Below are positions 1 through 14,000 of a DNA stretch of 64,000 nucleotides, in pieces. Source of the DNA: Lingula anatina (taxonomy: Eukaryota; Animalia; Brachiopoda); contig CM120640.1 of NCBI GenBank assembly GCA_051362555.1, positions 64,334,788-64,398,787 of the forward strand, given 5' to 3'. Numbering within the stretch: position 1 is the first letter of the stretch; each line of letters opens with the position of its first letter. The notes beneath the pieces were generated by a model. That model was not told where the DNA came from, searched no databases, and saw nothing but the letters and a program-made list of their open reading frames with translations. The translations under genes and the position numbers were made by a program.

Positions 1-1117
1 TGACCTGCGTATAATAAATATTCACCAGTTCTGTAAATTTCAATCCAAGGAAAGGAAAAACATTTTTACACTTATCATGTTATCGGTGTTATAAAAGTGC
101 TGAAAAAATTGAAAAAAAACAAAAAAAAAAAACAGGATAACTTCCATAAAAATTGCCCGATCTTGCTGATTTTCAAACTTGACCTGCGTATTATGAATAT
201 TAATCAGTTTTGTAAGTTTCAAGCCAAATGAAAAAACAGTTTTCCACTTATTGTGTTATCAGTGCTGCATATATGCTGAAAAAAGTGAAAAAACAGCATA
301 AATTCCCTAACAATAATGGAATCATGCTGATTTTCGAACTTGACTTGCGTATTATGAATATTTATCAGTTCTACAAGTTTCAAGCCAAAAGGTAAATTGG
401 TTTTCCACTTATGGTGTTATCGGTGCTGCATATATGCTGAAAAATAGTGAAAAAACAGCATAAATTCCCTAAAAATGACCCAATCATGCTGATTTTCGAA
501 CTTGACCTGTGTATTATGAATATTAATCAGTTTTGTAAGTTTCAAGCCAAAAGGTAGGATGGTTTTCCACTTATTGTGTTATCGGGGTTGCATATATGCT
601 GAAAAAAGTGAAAAAACAGCATAAATTCCCTAAAAATGACCCGATCATGCTGATTTTCGAACTTGACCTGCGTATTATGAATATTCATCAGTTCTGTAAC
701 TTTCAAGCCAAAAGGTAAAATGGTTTTTCACTTATCGTGTTATCGGTACTGCATATATGCTGAAAAAAGTGAAAAAACAGCATAAATTCCCTAAAAGTGA
801 CCCAATCATGCTGATTTTCGAACTTGACCTGCGTATTATGAATATTCATCAGTTTTGTAAGTTTCAAGTCAAAAGGTAAAATGGTTTTCCACTTATCGTG
901 TTATCAGTGCTGCATATATGCTGAAAAAAGTGAAAAAACAGCATAAATTCCCTAAAAGTGACCCGATCATGCTGATTTTCGAACTTGACCTGCGTATTAT
1001 GAATATTCATCAGTTCTGTAAGTTTCATACCAAAAGAAAAAACAGTTTTCCATTTATCGTGTTATCAGTAAAAGTGCACGGCGACGGCGATGGCGACGAC
1101 AGACGCAGATGATGGCT
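1..1117 (-). mobile_element. HINE family A copy, partial, with 161-bp tandem array
   Basis: About 6.5 units of 161 bp (gacctgcgtattatgaata near 181, 342, 504, 665, 826, 987), then the GGCGAC microsatellite; truncated just before the terminal hairpin. Confidence 0.8.
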
Positions 1118-2939
1118 CGTCGGTTAAAATAGTCCAAAAATCAACGAATGGCTTGGAAATATTTACGACGGAGTGTAGCCTATTATGTCAACAGTGCTTG
1201 ATGCCGTAATTCTCAATGCCGATTCACCGAATGAGTAACTTGTGCCAGGAAATATACCGGTGAGATGATTAGAGACAGTGATATTTTTCGGGTCAACTGA
1301 ACCAGCCCTTTTCGGTTGGATATTTATGAACGACTGTTACTTTTTTTGTTGTTTGCTATGCTTTCTGAGCCGCAATTTTGACATCGCGATTTGCACGCAC
1401 AGCGTAGCACGGACTACAAATGCGTTCCAGACGATTTTGATACTTACTGGCAGTAGTGGTGAGCATCGTGCAGATGTCAAAATCATCAATAGGAGTGCCT
1501 GAATTTTGTGCTACGCACACACGTATCTTATCTTGCTTTTCTAGTCGATCTGTTTTTATACTTTTCAGATCGAGAGTAGGCCTATTGTTGATGAGGCAAG
1601 CAGTCAGAGCAGTCCAGAACTAGAGGGTAAAGAGCTCCCTGAGGTAAAGAGTTTTCTGTTATTTTTAAATAATACAGGCCTTTTAGTTAATCTGGCATAT
1701 TCCTTAGTTTTGATAGTAATGTGTAGGACCCACCTTACCCTCACCTATATTCACATGTAATAATCCACACATACAAAAAACTTATAGTTTAGGGATAACA
1801 ATTGATACGCTTGAGTGCAGGACAATGATTAATTGAAGTGAAACACATTTTGAACAGTTCACAACATTATTACTAGCATGCAATTAAATCAGTGCCAATT
1901 ATTATTATTATTAGTTTTATTATTATTTTACAGCATACTATCTTGTGATGTCAGCCTCATTAGAAAAAAAGCCCTGTATAAAGGTTTAGTAGAGTTGGCA
2001 GTGATACATAGCACTTCTAGGTCCAGTAGTATAAGGCTTGGAAGAGGTGTGAGATCAGGAGGATTGACTCAAGAACATGAAAGGAGAATTCAGTAACTCA
2101 CAGAAGAGGTATAAAACTCATTAAATCTTTATTGAAAAGATAAATTAAGTTTCTCACAATACACAAACACCATTCATATTCCTTCTTATTTTCAAAGTAA
2201 ATTTATTCGATAAAATTTGGTGGTGTGAAATCCAGTCCTTATGGTTGTTTTAGTGTTCATACATTTTCAAATATTTTATTTTTGAAGTAAGCTATTGTAC
2301 ATATCAAAACAGAAATGACAGATATAAAAGTGAATATATTTTTTTCATTATCAGAGCATACATGATGGTGTTGCCAAGAAAATGATGGTGTTGCCAAGGA
2401 AAGTGCTGAATACATTGTGACAAGTGTGATGGAAATCCTGGCCTTGCACTGGATATAAAGATGCTTTTGCTAGAGAATTTACCAAGCAATGACTCAGCAT
2501 CAGTGGAGATGGGACTGGCCCATCTCCCACTCACTGTAATGTCCCCTACATTTTGACTGCCGTTGAATTTGCTGGATTACTTCACTTTGAAGAAAATCAC
2601 AGAATAACTATTACCACAAGTATCAGTTTACTGACCAAACATTCATAAGACCTGTAATATGCAAGTCACTGAGTAGAAGGATTCTTTTCATTCTACTGTA
2701 ATTTGTGCAACCATTCAGTGAACATAAAAAATAAAGGCATAGAAAAACAAGGTGCTTTCATTTATCCCTTTCTCATATCAAAAGTAAAATGCAACTCTGT
2801 ACACAATCTGTTCATAAAATCAATCATTTTAAAAGTTAATGTCATACAAGGAAATAATGTATGTCTGGATGGATTTATAAAAGAAAAGTTTATGTGAGGT
2901 AATCATCATTTTGATAAAAAAAATTCTTATATACATATA

Positions 2940-4313
2940 AGGACCACGGTGCCTCGAGTCTCTTGGTTCCATCTGCACCATGGCTGCTTAGAAATGTGTA
3001 CTTGTAATTCCCATGTCAAATTCCTGGTTTGTAAGACTGGAATGTACCTTTATTTGTGCTAATTGTTTATGTAACAGCTTGAGGTCTTACTGTCATCCAT
3101 GATTTTGAGTGCTTGCTTTGCTGCTTAGTATACCTAAAAACAAAACATTGACTATTGGAAAGACTTCAATGCATTTTGTTGTGAAATTAATAGCACCCAC
3201 TATCTGTAATGTCTACGCCAGACATAAGAGCACTGAATAGAGCATGGTTATCAAAATTATTTGTTTCAAAATCCAATTTATTATATAATGTTCCCCACAA
3301 TAAGTACTGATATCCTGTGCTTGTCACAATTCTAGGACTAGCTGCCATGGCAGTGTTAAACTTTATAATAAAAGTTATAAAATGGCATTGTTCCAAGTAC
3401 TAACATGCATTAGATTGATATTGATGGCAAGGTGTACTGAACATGGTAAAATAAACAGCTATTGTGTGTTTGGATTCTGGGTGTCAGGTACTTACTTTGG
3501 CTCTGGCTCTATGTTGGCCTTGAACCTGATGTAGGGGTAGATGTTACCACATGCATATTACCTGGATAAAAAAAATATATACCAGTGTATTATCCTCATT
3601 CTCCAGAGAATCCCCATGAAGTCAACTTTAAAAACGTAAACAGAGAATTTATGTGCAATTAATGTGCTCGCTTTAAATCTTTTAATTTAAATTAAATTCG
3701 AATAAGGTAAATAGTGAAAGGTTGTTTTTCTCTTTTTTTTTTTTTTTTTGGACTTGAGGATATAACGACGTTAAGTAAGCCGACAAAAACCAGTCTTTAA
3801 TAGAAGACTATTTAGCTCAATCCTTGTTTGTACTGACTGCTCTAAAGAATAATAAACTTTTCTGCGTACAGCAGGGATAACAGGGGCGGATCCAGAGATA
3901 TTTAATATTTTCTGACAGTCTTCCGAGTAATGTTGATCCATCCTCCATTTTTGACCGCCTTTCGACAGAAATATTACATATACCCGCCAATGAAAACTTG
4001 AAAATCTAACCGTCTTCCGGAAGAACCAGAAGACGCCCTAAATCCGCCTCCTGAATATGTTCTCAATGAAAGAGTCGGACGTGATAAGAGATCGGAATAA
4101 CCTACCCGTATCCGGCAGAATTTTGTCAGTTTCTCGCTTGTCAGTTTTATTTCCTACTTCTGCTTTGTCTACCTCTGGCCTGCCAATGAAAATAACATCC
4201 TCTGCTTCTGCATTTCCCGTTTTATTTCCTTTTTCATTGTCCCGTAGAGTTATTCTTCTCTCTTTCAACTCACGTGTACTCGGACTACCCTCCATCTTGG
4301 TTTGCAGTGACAT
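2940..4313 (-). pseudogene. Spliced pseudogene of unknown function inside the decayed element
   Basis: Exon 4313-4106 (ATG, 208 nt, |gtaggt), exon 3561-3496 (ccag|, 66 nt, |gtaagt, one in-frame TAG), exon starting 3133 (tttttag|). Phases 1-1-1 are compatible but stops are present. Confidence 0.4.
3881..4053. mobile_element. MITE with CAGGGGCGGATC-type TIRs (Harbinger-like)
   Basis: 5' CAGGGGCGGATCCAG and 3' CTAAATCCGCCTCCTG; decayed homologues are embedded in family A near 11237, 20226/24363 and 38184. Confidence 0.65.
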
Positions 4314-4356
4314 CCAGGTCTTCTCCAGAGCGTAGTAAACAGTAGTATTCAGTCAT

Positions 4357-4390
4357 ATGCAAATTGAGGCAAGTCCCAGAATTCCATGCG
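4357..4390. promoter_or_regulatory. Octamer plus Staf/ZNF143-like motif
   Basis: ATGCAAAT (4357-4364) next to AAGTCCCAGAATTCCATGCG, about 45 nt upstream of the ATG at 4313. Confidence 0.3.
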
Positions 4391-4588
4391 TAGGGGAGTA
4401 ATGGCGAGAAGTTTAGACGAAAAAAAAATGCTGCGCTTTTTTTTCTTTAAGTGATCTTAAAAACCTATACCTCAACCTTTATTTTCTCAACGGTTTTGTG
4501 TGAGACATGCTTTGGGGTTCAGGATCAAATAGGCAAAGTTTCAGAGAAAGGCCTATTTAAGCGTCTACAGCAGAAAGACATCCTTTAA

Positions 4589-5922
4589 AGTTCAATAGTA
4601 ACTATGGACCTATCTCTGCCAGTTTTGGAGATAAAAGGGCAGCAAAATTTGCAGAGTTCAGTTCATGGTAAAAAGTAGGTCAAAGGTCAATTTCAAGGTC
4701 ACATTTAGATTGCCAGTATATGACTTCCTATTCAAATTCAATAGTAACTATGGACCTATCTCTGCCAGTTTTGGAGATAAAAGGGAAACAAAATTTGCAA
4801 AGGTTAGTTCATGGTGAAAAGTAGGTCAAAGGTCAATTTCAAGGTCACATTTAGATTGCCAGTATATGACTTCCTATTCAAGTCCAATAGTAACTATGGA
4901 CCTATCTCTGCCAGTTTTGGATATGAAAGGGAAGCAAAATATGCAAAGTTTAGTTCATAATGAAAAGTAGTCAGGCGGCTCAGTCCAAATTTTATCCAGA
5001 ATTGTGCAAAACATGATAACAGCATGAAATTTTCCACGATGAATGACCATTGGGTGTTTGTCAACCCCCTGATCCAAAATAGATGAACACCCAATGGTTA
5101 TTCATCGGGGAAAGTTTCATGCTTTTATCATCTATTGCACAATTCTGGAAAAAATTTGGACTGAGCCACCTGACTAAACCGTACTGCACATTTTGCTTTC
5201 ACCACCAATATGTACTTTTTGATAGCGTAACTCGAAAACCGTTTGGAATACAAAAAAACGGAGACCACTTCCAGTGTTGGGCTTTACATGCTCTACAAAA
5301 TGCAAAAAAGAATGGGTCTCTAGCATTAACGGTTCCCGAATTAGAGACAGTTTTCAGTTTCGGCATCTTATGGCCGTTACTCCAGTGAAAATGCACCGAT
5401 TGACCCCAAATTCACGGAGATGAAAGATGACCTGAAGGGTAACACTTTCCAATAATATTATTGGTTAAGTCTGTGTGATGTCTGAATAACAGGGCAAAAA
5501 AATTTTTTTTCATAAAAAATATTATTTTTTTGAAAATTTTGGCCCATTTGACCTTGAAGTAAAGGTCAATGGTCAAATCCAAGGGCATATTTGAAATCTA
5601 CACATATGACTTTTGGAAAGCTGTCTGTAGAAATTTTTCCCATAACCCCTTCCGTAGGGTAGATAATTAGCATTTAATTTTGCCATTTTTGGACAAGGGT
5701 GCATTGCAATGAGTGCCACACCCAGACCCCAATACCGGCAAAGCCCAAATTTTACGTGGAACGAGCTGAGATTATAGGTGACCTAAATCCAAGAGATGGG
5801 TACGGGGGCCCTTACCGTCTAGGAGGAGAAGCGGTAACCGTATCCGTCCGGTGGAGCCGGCGGAACGATCCGGACGAGACCGAAACCATGTGTACCGCCA
5901 GCGCTAACGCTGGTGGTACAAT
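4589..5922 (-). mobile_element. HINE family B copy, partial
   Basis: 146-bp units followed by the conserved body and terminal hairpin TGTACCGCCAGCG-ctaa-CGCTGGTGGTACA; very similar to 33797-34559. Confidence 0.85.
4968..5176. mobile_element. Palindromic 209-bp MITE
   Basis: TAGTCAGGCGGCTCAGTCCAAATTTT...AAATTTGGACTGAGCCACCTGACTA; about 90-bp inverted arms with a short loop. Confidence 0.85.
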
Positions 5923-7966
5923 TATAGAATAATTATCACCAATTTTTGATTATTGACAATAAATAGCATGGACATGTAGAAAATTTGATCACCATTCGGC
6001 TTCATGTCCATGGGAGCTCCGAGTCCCACAATGAATATGCCAAAAAGATAATGAATATTTCACTCAAATGTATAACTTCCAGAAAAAGAAGCCAATTGGA
6101 CTGCTTTTCCAACTCATTCTGCATTTTAGTCCTGTGTTTCTTTTTTAAAAGGTTTGACAGTCATAACACGGTTTTCCCATAATGGTCATCATGGCAGCAG
6201 CACCAAAAATTGTTTTCTTCTATTTTGATGCAACATTACATAATGCTTAACAGTATAATGACCATCAATTTTTAATAATAGATTATTAGTAACATGGACA
6301 TTCAGAAAACGTGACAAGCAAAGGTCTTCAGGATCTTAGAACTTCAAAGTCAATAAGTGAAAAATTAAATTTTCACAAAAAACTGTTTAACTGCCAGAAA
6401 AAATTAACAAACAGACTGCATTGCCTACTGAAGCTGTATTTTAGACCCATGTTTCTTTCCTGTAAGTTTGAGAACAGTAATTGACATGATTTTTGTTAAA
6501 TGGTCATCATGAGAGCAGTGCCCAAAATAGGTTTTTTTTTCAAATTTTGATACAATATTACATAATGTTTAACAGCATAATGACCATCAATTTTTAATAA
6601 TAGAATATTAGTAACATGAACATTCAGAAAACGTGACTAGCAAAGGTCTGCAGGCTCATGGAACTTCAAAGTCACACCTTAAAAATGCCACTATGTGAAA
6701 AATTAAATTTTCACAAAAAACTGTTTAACTGCCAGAAAAAATTAACAAACAGACTGCATTGCCTACTGAAGCTGTATTTTAGCCCCATGTTTCTTTCCTG
6801 TAAGTTTGAAAACAGTAAGTGACATGGTTTTTCTTAAATGGTCATCATGGGAGCAGTGCCCAAAATAGGGGTTTCTTCAAATTTTGATGCAATATTACAT
6901 AATGTTTAACAGCATAATGACCATCAATTTTTAATCATAAAATATTAGTATCATGGATATTCAGAAAATGTGACTAGCAAAGGTCTGCAGGCTCATGGAA
7001 CTTCAAAGTCACATCTTGAAAATGCCAAAATGTAAACAAGACACACTGTTCTGAAATGAGTTTATTTCTATTTTTAACATTTTTTAAACATAAAACAAAA
7101 TAAACAGTTTGTTGCCATTTTTATATGACCAACGGAGAAAATTGATGAGATGGGGAAAAATATCAATAGAACAGTGTTAAATGTCCAATTCCCTCCATTC
7201 TGAGATTCTGAACATAGTGGATGATTGAATCTAACAAACTGCAATGATATGAGTTTATTTCCATTTTTGACACTTTATTACACAATACATGATAACAAGT
7301 TTACCATGTTTTTTACATAATCAACTAACAATGTTGTAAAGATGCAGGAAATATCAAACAAACACTTTTACGCATCTTATTAGTTAAATAATGAGACTGT
7401 TAACATGCCTAAGAATTGAATCAAGAGGACATGTGAAAAAACAGCACAACTTCTAAAATAATGGCCCAATTATGCTGATTTTCGAACTCTACCTGCGTTT
7501 TAGTAAGATTGACCACTCCTGTGAGTATAATGACAATTGGCCAATCTGTTTTTCTTATATTGTGTTATCAGTGTTGCATATATGTTGAAAAAAGTGAAAA
7601 AACAGCATAACTCCCCTAAAAATGGCCTGATCATGCTGTCTTTCGAACTTGACCTGCGGATTATGAATATTCATCAGTTTTGTAAGTTTCAAGCCAAAAA
7701 GTAAAATGGTTTTCCACTTATCGTGTTATCGGTGCTGCATATATGCTGAAAAAAGTGAAAAAAAAGCATAACTTCCCTACAAGTCACCCCATCATGCTGA
7801 TTTTCGAACTCGACCTGCGTATTATGAATATTTATCAGTTCTGCAGGTTTCAAGCCAAAAGAAAAAACGGTTCTTCACTTATCGTGTTATCGGTGAATGT
7901 GCATGACGGCGACGACAGACGCAGATGATGGCTATATGTACAGACACATCTGTGTCTGTACATAAA
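5923..7966 (-). mobile_element. HINE family A copy (5' part), nested in a family B copy
   Basis: ~338-bp and 161-bp repeat units; ends in TATGTACAGACACA-tc-TGTGTCTGTACATA plus an A tract, after which B sequence resumes. Confidence 0.85.
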
Positions 7967-8859
7967 AAGGTCATTTTGGTTGAAATTCTTGAAATGGGAG
8001 GTGCCCAGAAATTCCAGATATTCAAATTTCATGAAATAAAGTTGTTTTTGACCAGAAGTTGTCTCCCTGGCCAAACCTTTTGTTATCTTATCCAGATGTT
8101 CAAAATTTTACCCATATTACCGTATTGCACATTTTACTTTCACCACCACAATGTACTTTTGATATAGCATAACTCGTAAACCATATGGAAAACAAAGAAA
8201 ATGGAGACCACCTCCAGTGTTGGGTTTGACATGCTCGATCAAATACAAAAAACAAGAGGTCTGTAGTATTAACGGTTCCAGAATTAGAGTTTTCTGTTTC
8301 GACATCTAATGGTCGCTGCTCCTGTGAAAATGCACCGATTGACCCCAAACTAACAGAGATCAAAGATGACCTAAAGGGTAACACCTGCCAATAATATTAT
8401 AGGTTAGGTCTGTGTAGTCCCTGAACATCAGCACAAATATTTTTTTCGTAAAAAATTCCTTTTTTTTTAATTTTGGTCTGTTTCACCTTGAAATAAAGGT
8501 CAAAGGTCAAATCTAAGGGCATATTTGAAATATCCACATGACTTTCAGTCAGCTGTCTATAGAAATGTTTCCCATAATTCCTTCTGTATGGTAGATAATT
8601 AGCATTTAATTTTGCCAATTTTGGATAAGGGTGCATTGGAATGAGCGCCACACCTAGACCCCAGCACTGACGAAACCCAAATTTTACGTTGATCGAGTTC
8701 AGATTATACATGACTTAAATCCAAGAGATGGGTACGGAGGCCCTTGTAGTCTAGGAGGAGAAGCGGTAACAGTGACATGGCTACGGAGCCTGCAGATGGG
8801 ACCAGACTGGACGTGACTAAAACAATGTGTACTGCCAGTGCCTACACTGGTGGTACAAT
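7967..8859 (-). mobile_element. HINE family B copy (5' part; remainder probably left of the window)
   Basis: Homologous to 33645-34559; terminal hairpin TGTACTGCCAGTG-ccta-CACTGGTGGTACA. Confidence 0.85.
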
Positions 8860-9151
8860 AATAACACTAAATATCAACTTCATTGTGGAACATGCTTTAA
8901 CACGCTATATAATGTAGTTTTTCTTCTGAAAAGGCTGTTACTGAAGAGGACTTGGAGAAAGAACCATAAAACTTCAGTGTTTTATCATTCCATTTCCAAG
9001 TCCTTTTCAGAAACTTAGTAATTACCCAATAACATTCATTAAATAGGCAACAGTTCAGTCTCAATTTTGTTCACTTTAGAGTTTTATCGATTGTGAAAAT
9101 TAATATCATCTATTCCATATCCCACCCCCCAAAAAAGTACCAAAAAATTAC

Positions 9152-9287
9152 CATGTATGCCAGCAAAGTCGGCATCCCCAATTAAAGAGGCTATCCACAG
9201 TTCTTGAGCATCTACATCAGCACCTACAAAAGTGTACCCTGGGGGGCATTGCACCATAGCTTTAAGTTCACTGCCTATCCTATCTGA
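9152..9287 (-). CDS. POLG: POLG exon (polymerase motif A; last POLG exon in the window)
   Basis: cag|...|gtaatt, 136 nt. [45 protein letters not shown]; the catalytic Asp is present. Confidence 0.97.
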
Positions 9288-9527
9288 CTGGAATCAGAGC
9301 AAGCAATATTAAATTATATTTAACTATAGCTCACTTGGTATGTTATATTTAAAACAGCATTTATTATTAATCCCAAAAAATGAACTTGTTCTATCATAAT
9401 CTATAAAAATAAAGCCATACAGCTGGGAAAAAAGTCAATTCAACTAAAAAAATCCAAATACAATGGCATATTCATTAAAAAAAAGTAAACAGCAAGTGAA
9501 TAAAGAGTTTAGTTTATATGTACCTAC

Positions 9528-9645
9528 ATAAGCATTGCTGGCAGTAAGCCATGTTTTCTCCACTGCCCTTCTGGTAACAGTGCCAGCAGTTACGATACGA
9601 GGTAAGATGGCTCCACACAGAGTTTCCTCATCATAATCTGGATCA
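9528..9645 (-). CDS. POLG: POLG exon (palm, [10 protein letters not shown])
   Basis: tag|...|gtaggt, 118 nt. [39 protein letters not shown]. Confidence 0.97.
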
Positions 9646-11074
9646 CTACAGAGAGTAATTCTTTATAAGATTAATAGAATAACTTTATAAAATTAATAGA
9701 ATAACAAAAACCACCATGCAAGTAAATTGTAATCCTTTATGTCAATTATCAAATCTGATAACAGAACACACATGTACCTACATATGTGCCTCAAAATATT
9801 TATACATTCAATACATTTGAAAAGTAAAATTATTTGCTATGTTTAATAATTATGTATTTATGTTGGGCGTTAACGGGAGTCACCCCAAAAATCTTATGAA
9901 AAGGAGTAAAAGAGTGGAGCGTAACAGATTGTGAAATGCGTACCGGCATACCGTGGGCCATATTTGTTTCTGTTTGTCATAAAATTAATTAACATAGATT
10001 TTAAGCGTATAGCGTACCGTAACAATAGAATGAGAAAAAAAGACAAGTCGCTTTCGCTTAAAAATTGAAGTAATCAAATCAATATTAGGCCAGTAAACGA
10101 GCATATTTTCCCCATTGAGGTTGGAAAAAATTGGTGACAAAGGTTTCTCAACTGATTCTGGTCCGTTGGAGGCCCAATATGGCCCAAAAAATTTTCCCCA
10201 TGAATCCCCCCATGGCAAAGTCTCATTTTCCACAAAAATCCAAAATGGCCGCTATTGAATGGGGTGGGTGGACTTGAAATCCATAACTTGGGAACCCAAT
10301 GTCACAGAGACATGTTTTAAGTATCAACGTCTACTAAGTGAGGGATCCCCAATCTTTTGCAACTAGTCTCAAGGTCACTGGAGGTCAAGGTCATGACCTT
10401 ATTACAAGGTCAAGGCATTTTTTGAGGAAAAAACCCCATAATGTCTAAATGACAGTTTCCCAATGTCACAGAAACATGTTTTAAGTATCAACTCCTACTA
10501 AGTGAGGGATCCCCAATCTTTTGCAACAACTTTCAAGGTCACTGGAGGTCAAGGTCATGACCTAATTATAAGATCTATACATTTTGTGAGCAAAAAAATG
10601 ATGTGATGTCCATATATTGGTAACCTAATGTCACAAAACATATTTTAGTATCCACTTTTATTGAATGATGCACCGCCAATCTTTTGCAAATTTATTCAGA
10701 GTCATTTGGGGTCAAGGTCATGACCCTAATTTCAAGGACACTGCATTTTTCGAGCAGAAAATTCCCATATTATCTAAACCTTTGTAATTGGATATCACAA
10801 AAGCATGTTTAAATATCATTTCCTTCTAAGTGAGGTTCTGAGAATAATATGCAATTGTTTTCAAGGCACCAGAGGTCAATGTTATGACCTTATTTTCAAG
10901 GTCATGGCATTTTTAGCTCGGACAAAATGCCATCATGTCTACATTTTGATAACCCGGCCAATGTCACAGAAACATGTTTAAAGTATCGATTCATACTAAG
11001 TGACATTTGAAACTTTCTAAGATCACCACAGGTCAGGGTCATATCCTTATAACAAGGTTGTCATAATATTTAAG

Positions 11075-14000
11075 AACAAGGCAGCAAAGCTGTCAAATGT
11101 ACAGACAAAAAACAGAAATTAAAGATGCAAAATAGGTCATTTTGTCAATTTTGATGCAATAATAAATAATGCTTATAATAGCACTGTCAGTCAACACTGA
11201 ATTCTAATCATGCACAACAGGTACCATGGTCAATAACAGGAGATATTTTCTGATAGTATTCCAAAGTATCTATGTTGATCCATCCCCCATTTTTATGGTC
11301 TTCCAACAGAAAAAAAAATAGATACCAGTCAATATAAACTTAATAACCTGACCGTCTTCCGGAAGACCCAGAAGATGGTCTCAATCCACCCCTTCAATAA
11401 GATTACAGTTTCAGGACCATGAGAGTTCAAATTCACATGATGAAAGTCTCAATTTTTGAAAAATGATGACAGTGCATAAAATAATATTACATAATGTTTA
11501 AAGACATAAAAAACAATACAACTGCTTATGTGGAAATACAGACAAGACAGCACGGTTCTGAAATGTTTTTTTTCCCATTTTTAACAATTTTTTAACATAA
11601 AACAAAATTAACAGTTTACTGCCATTTTTATATGATCAACTAAGAAAATTGATGAGATGGGAAAAATATCAATAGAACAGTGTTAAATGTCCAATTTCCT
11701 CCATTCTGAGATTCTGAACATAGTGAATGATTAAATCTGACAAACTGCAATGATATGAGTTTATTTCCATTTTTGACACATTTTTACACAATACATGATA
11801 ACAAGTTTACCATCATTTTTACTAAATCAACTAACAATTGTTGTAAAGATGCAGGAAATGTCAAACAAACGCTTTTACGTATCTTATTAGTTTAATAATG
11901 AGACTGTTAACATGCCTAAGAAATGAATCCGAGGAAATGTGAAAAAAAAGAATACCTTCTAAAATATTGGCACGATTATGCTGGTTTACGAACTCAACAT
12001 GCATTTTAGCAAAACTGACCACTCCTATGACTTTCATGACAATTGGCCCATCTGTTTTTCTTATATTGTGTTTACAGTGTTGCATATATGCTGAAAAGTG
12101 TAAAAAACAGCATAACTACTAAAATAACAAGTTTACCATCATTTTTACATAATCAACTAACAATGTTGTAAAGATGCAGGAAATGTCAAACAAACACTTT
12201 TACGAATCTTATTAGTTAAATAATGAGACTGTTAACATGCCTAAGAATAGAATCTGAGGAAATGTGAAAAAATAGCACAACTTATAAAATAATGGCCCGA
12301 TTATGCTGATTTTCAAACTTGACCTGCGTTTTAGTAAGATTGATTACTCCTGTGAGTTTCATGACAACAGGTCTATCGGTTTTCCTTGAAATGTGTTAAA
12401 GGGATAATAACTCTTCGTATGAGATCTATATTTCACAATAAAAACATTGTGAATAACTCATAGAAATATTATATATTCTGTTTTACCACAAAACAGCAGT
12501 TATAGCTATTATTCTGATATCTGAGCTTGCCTTTAGACCACGTGACCTCCAATGACGGCTATACTCTGTTAAAATCTCTTAAGAGATTTTAACAAAAAAC
12601 CAAACTTTTTAGAAAAAAAACAGGGACTAACTTTGAATGTAAAAATGAATTCATTAACCATTGGTAAGTATGGGAAAATTGTTGTTTACTCCAGGAAAAT
12701 TCATTTTTTGGCCGAAACAAAGAGTTATTATCCTTTTAACAGTGTTGCACATATGCTGAAAAGTGAAAAAAACAGCATAACTACTAAAATAGTGGCCCGA
12801 TCATGCCGATTTTCGAACTTGACCTGCGTTTTAGTAAGTTAGATTACCCCTATGAGTTTCATGACAACAGGCCTACCGGTTTTTATTGAAATGTGTTAAC
12901 GATGTTGCATATATGCTGAAAAGTGAAAAAATAGCATAACTTCTACAATAATGGCCCGATCATGCTTATTTTCGAACTTAACCTGCATTTTATGGATACT
13001 CATCAGCTCTGTAAATATAAAGCCAAAAAGTAAAACTGTCTTCCACTTACGGTGTTAACGCTGAAAGTGCACAGCGACGGTGACGGCAACATGATCGACT
13101 AATTACAAAATAAACTAATTATGTTGTAAAGATGCAGGAAATGTCAACCAAACACTTTTACTTGTCTTATTAGTTAAATAATGAGACTGTTAACATGCCT
13201 AAGAATTGAATCTGAGGAAATGTGAAACAGGACAGCACTGTTCTGACATGGGTTTATTTCCATTTTTAACAATTTTTTAACATATAACAAAATTAACAAT
13301 TTACTGCCATTTATATATGATCAACTAAGAAAATTGATGAGATGGGAAAAATATTAATAGAATAGTGTTAAATGTCCAATTTCTTCCATTCTGAGTTTCT
13401 AAACATACTGAATAATTGAATCTGACAAACTGCAATGATATGAGTTTATTTCCATTTTTGACACATTTTTACACAATACATGATAACAAGTTTACCATCA
13501 TTTTTACTAAATCAACTAACAATTGTTGTAAAGATGTAGGAAATGTCAAACAAACGCTTTTACGTATCTTATTAGTTTAATAATGAGACTGTTAACATGC
13601 CTAAGAAATGAATCCGAGGAAATGTGAAAAAACAGAATACCTTCTAAAATATTGGCACGATTATGCTAATTTTCAAACTCAACCTGCATTTTAGTAAGAT
13701 TGACCACTCCTGTGAGTTTAAATGACAATTGGCCTATCTGTTTTTCTTATATTGTGTTAACAGTGTTGCATATATGCTAAAAAGTGAAAAAACAGCATAA
13801 CTACTAAAATAGTGGCCCGATCGTGCCGATTTTCGAACTTGACCTGCGTTTTAGTAAGATTGATTGCTCCTGGGAGTTTCATGACAACAGGCCTATCGGT
13901 TTTCCTTGAAATGTGTTAACAGTGTTGTATATATGCTGAAAAGTGAAAAAACAGCATAACTTCTACAATAATGGCTCGATCATGCTGATTTTCGAACTTG

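Larger units (their letters stand above)
1118..4588. mobile_element. Decayed DNA-transposon-like segment (possible Kolobok-type right end ...GACATCCT|TTAA)
   Basis: Unique, relatively CpG-retaining block interrupting HINE arrays. It has exon-like pieces on both strands and ends in CCTTTAA at the junction with family B; no matching left end was found. Confidence 0.35.

Noticed and set aside
1-1070. Regular repeats superficially resembling a CRISPR array (also 28620-29265 and 31705-33570)
   Set aside because: Whole units repeat with no unique spacers, there are no cas genes, and the context is a eukaryotic intron.
918-1112. Recurrent small ORFs such as MLKKVKKQHKF... and CTDTDVSVHIA...RRRR (also 7743, 14029, 29250, 61632)
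   Set aside because: Chance frames across HINE A termini and the GGCGAC microsatellite.
1118-9151. Search for the next POLG exon (GCTAFGWMTLQG / motif B YGRIYGAG)
   Set aside because: No matching sequence found by eye; it probably lies left of the window, so gene truncation is not claimed.
9985-10233. Duplicated 'gene' MENETLPWGDSWGKFF (also 17160-17381)
   Set aside because: The similarity comes from the inverted arms of family C; starts and ends differ and there is no sign of coding constraint.
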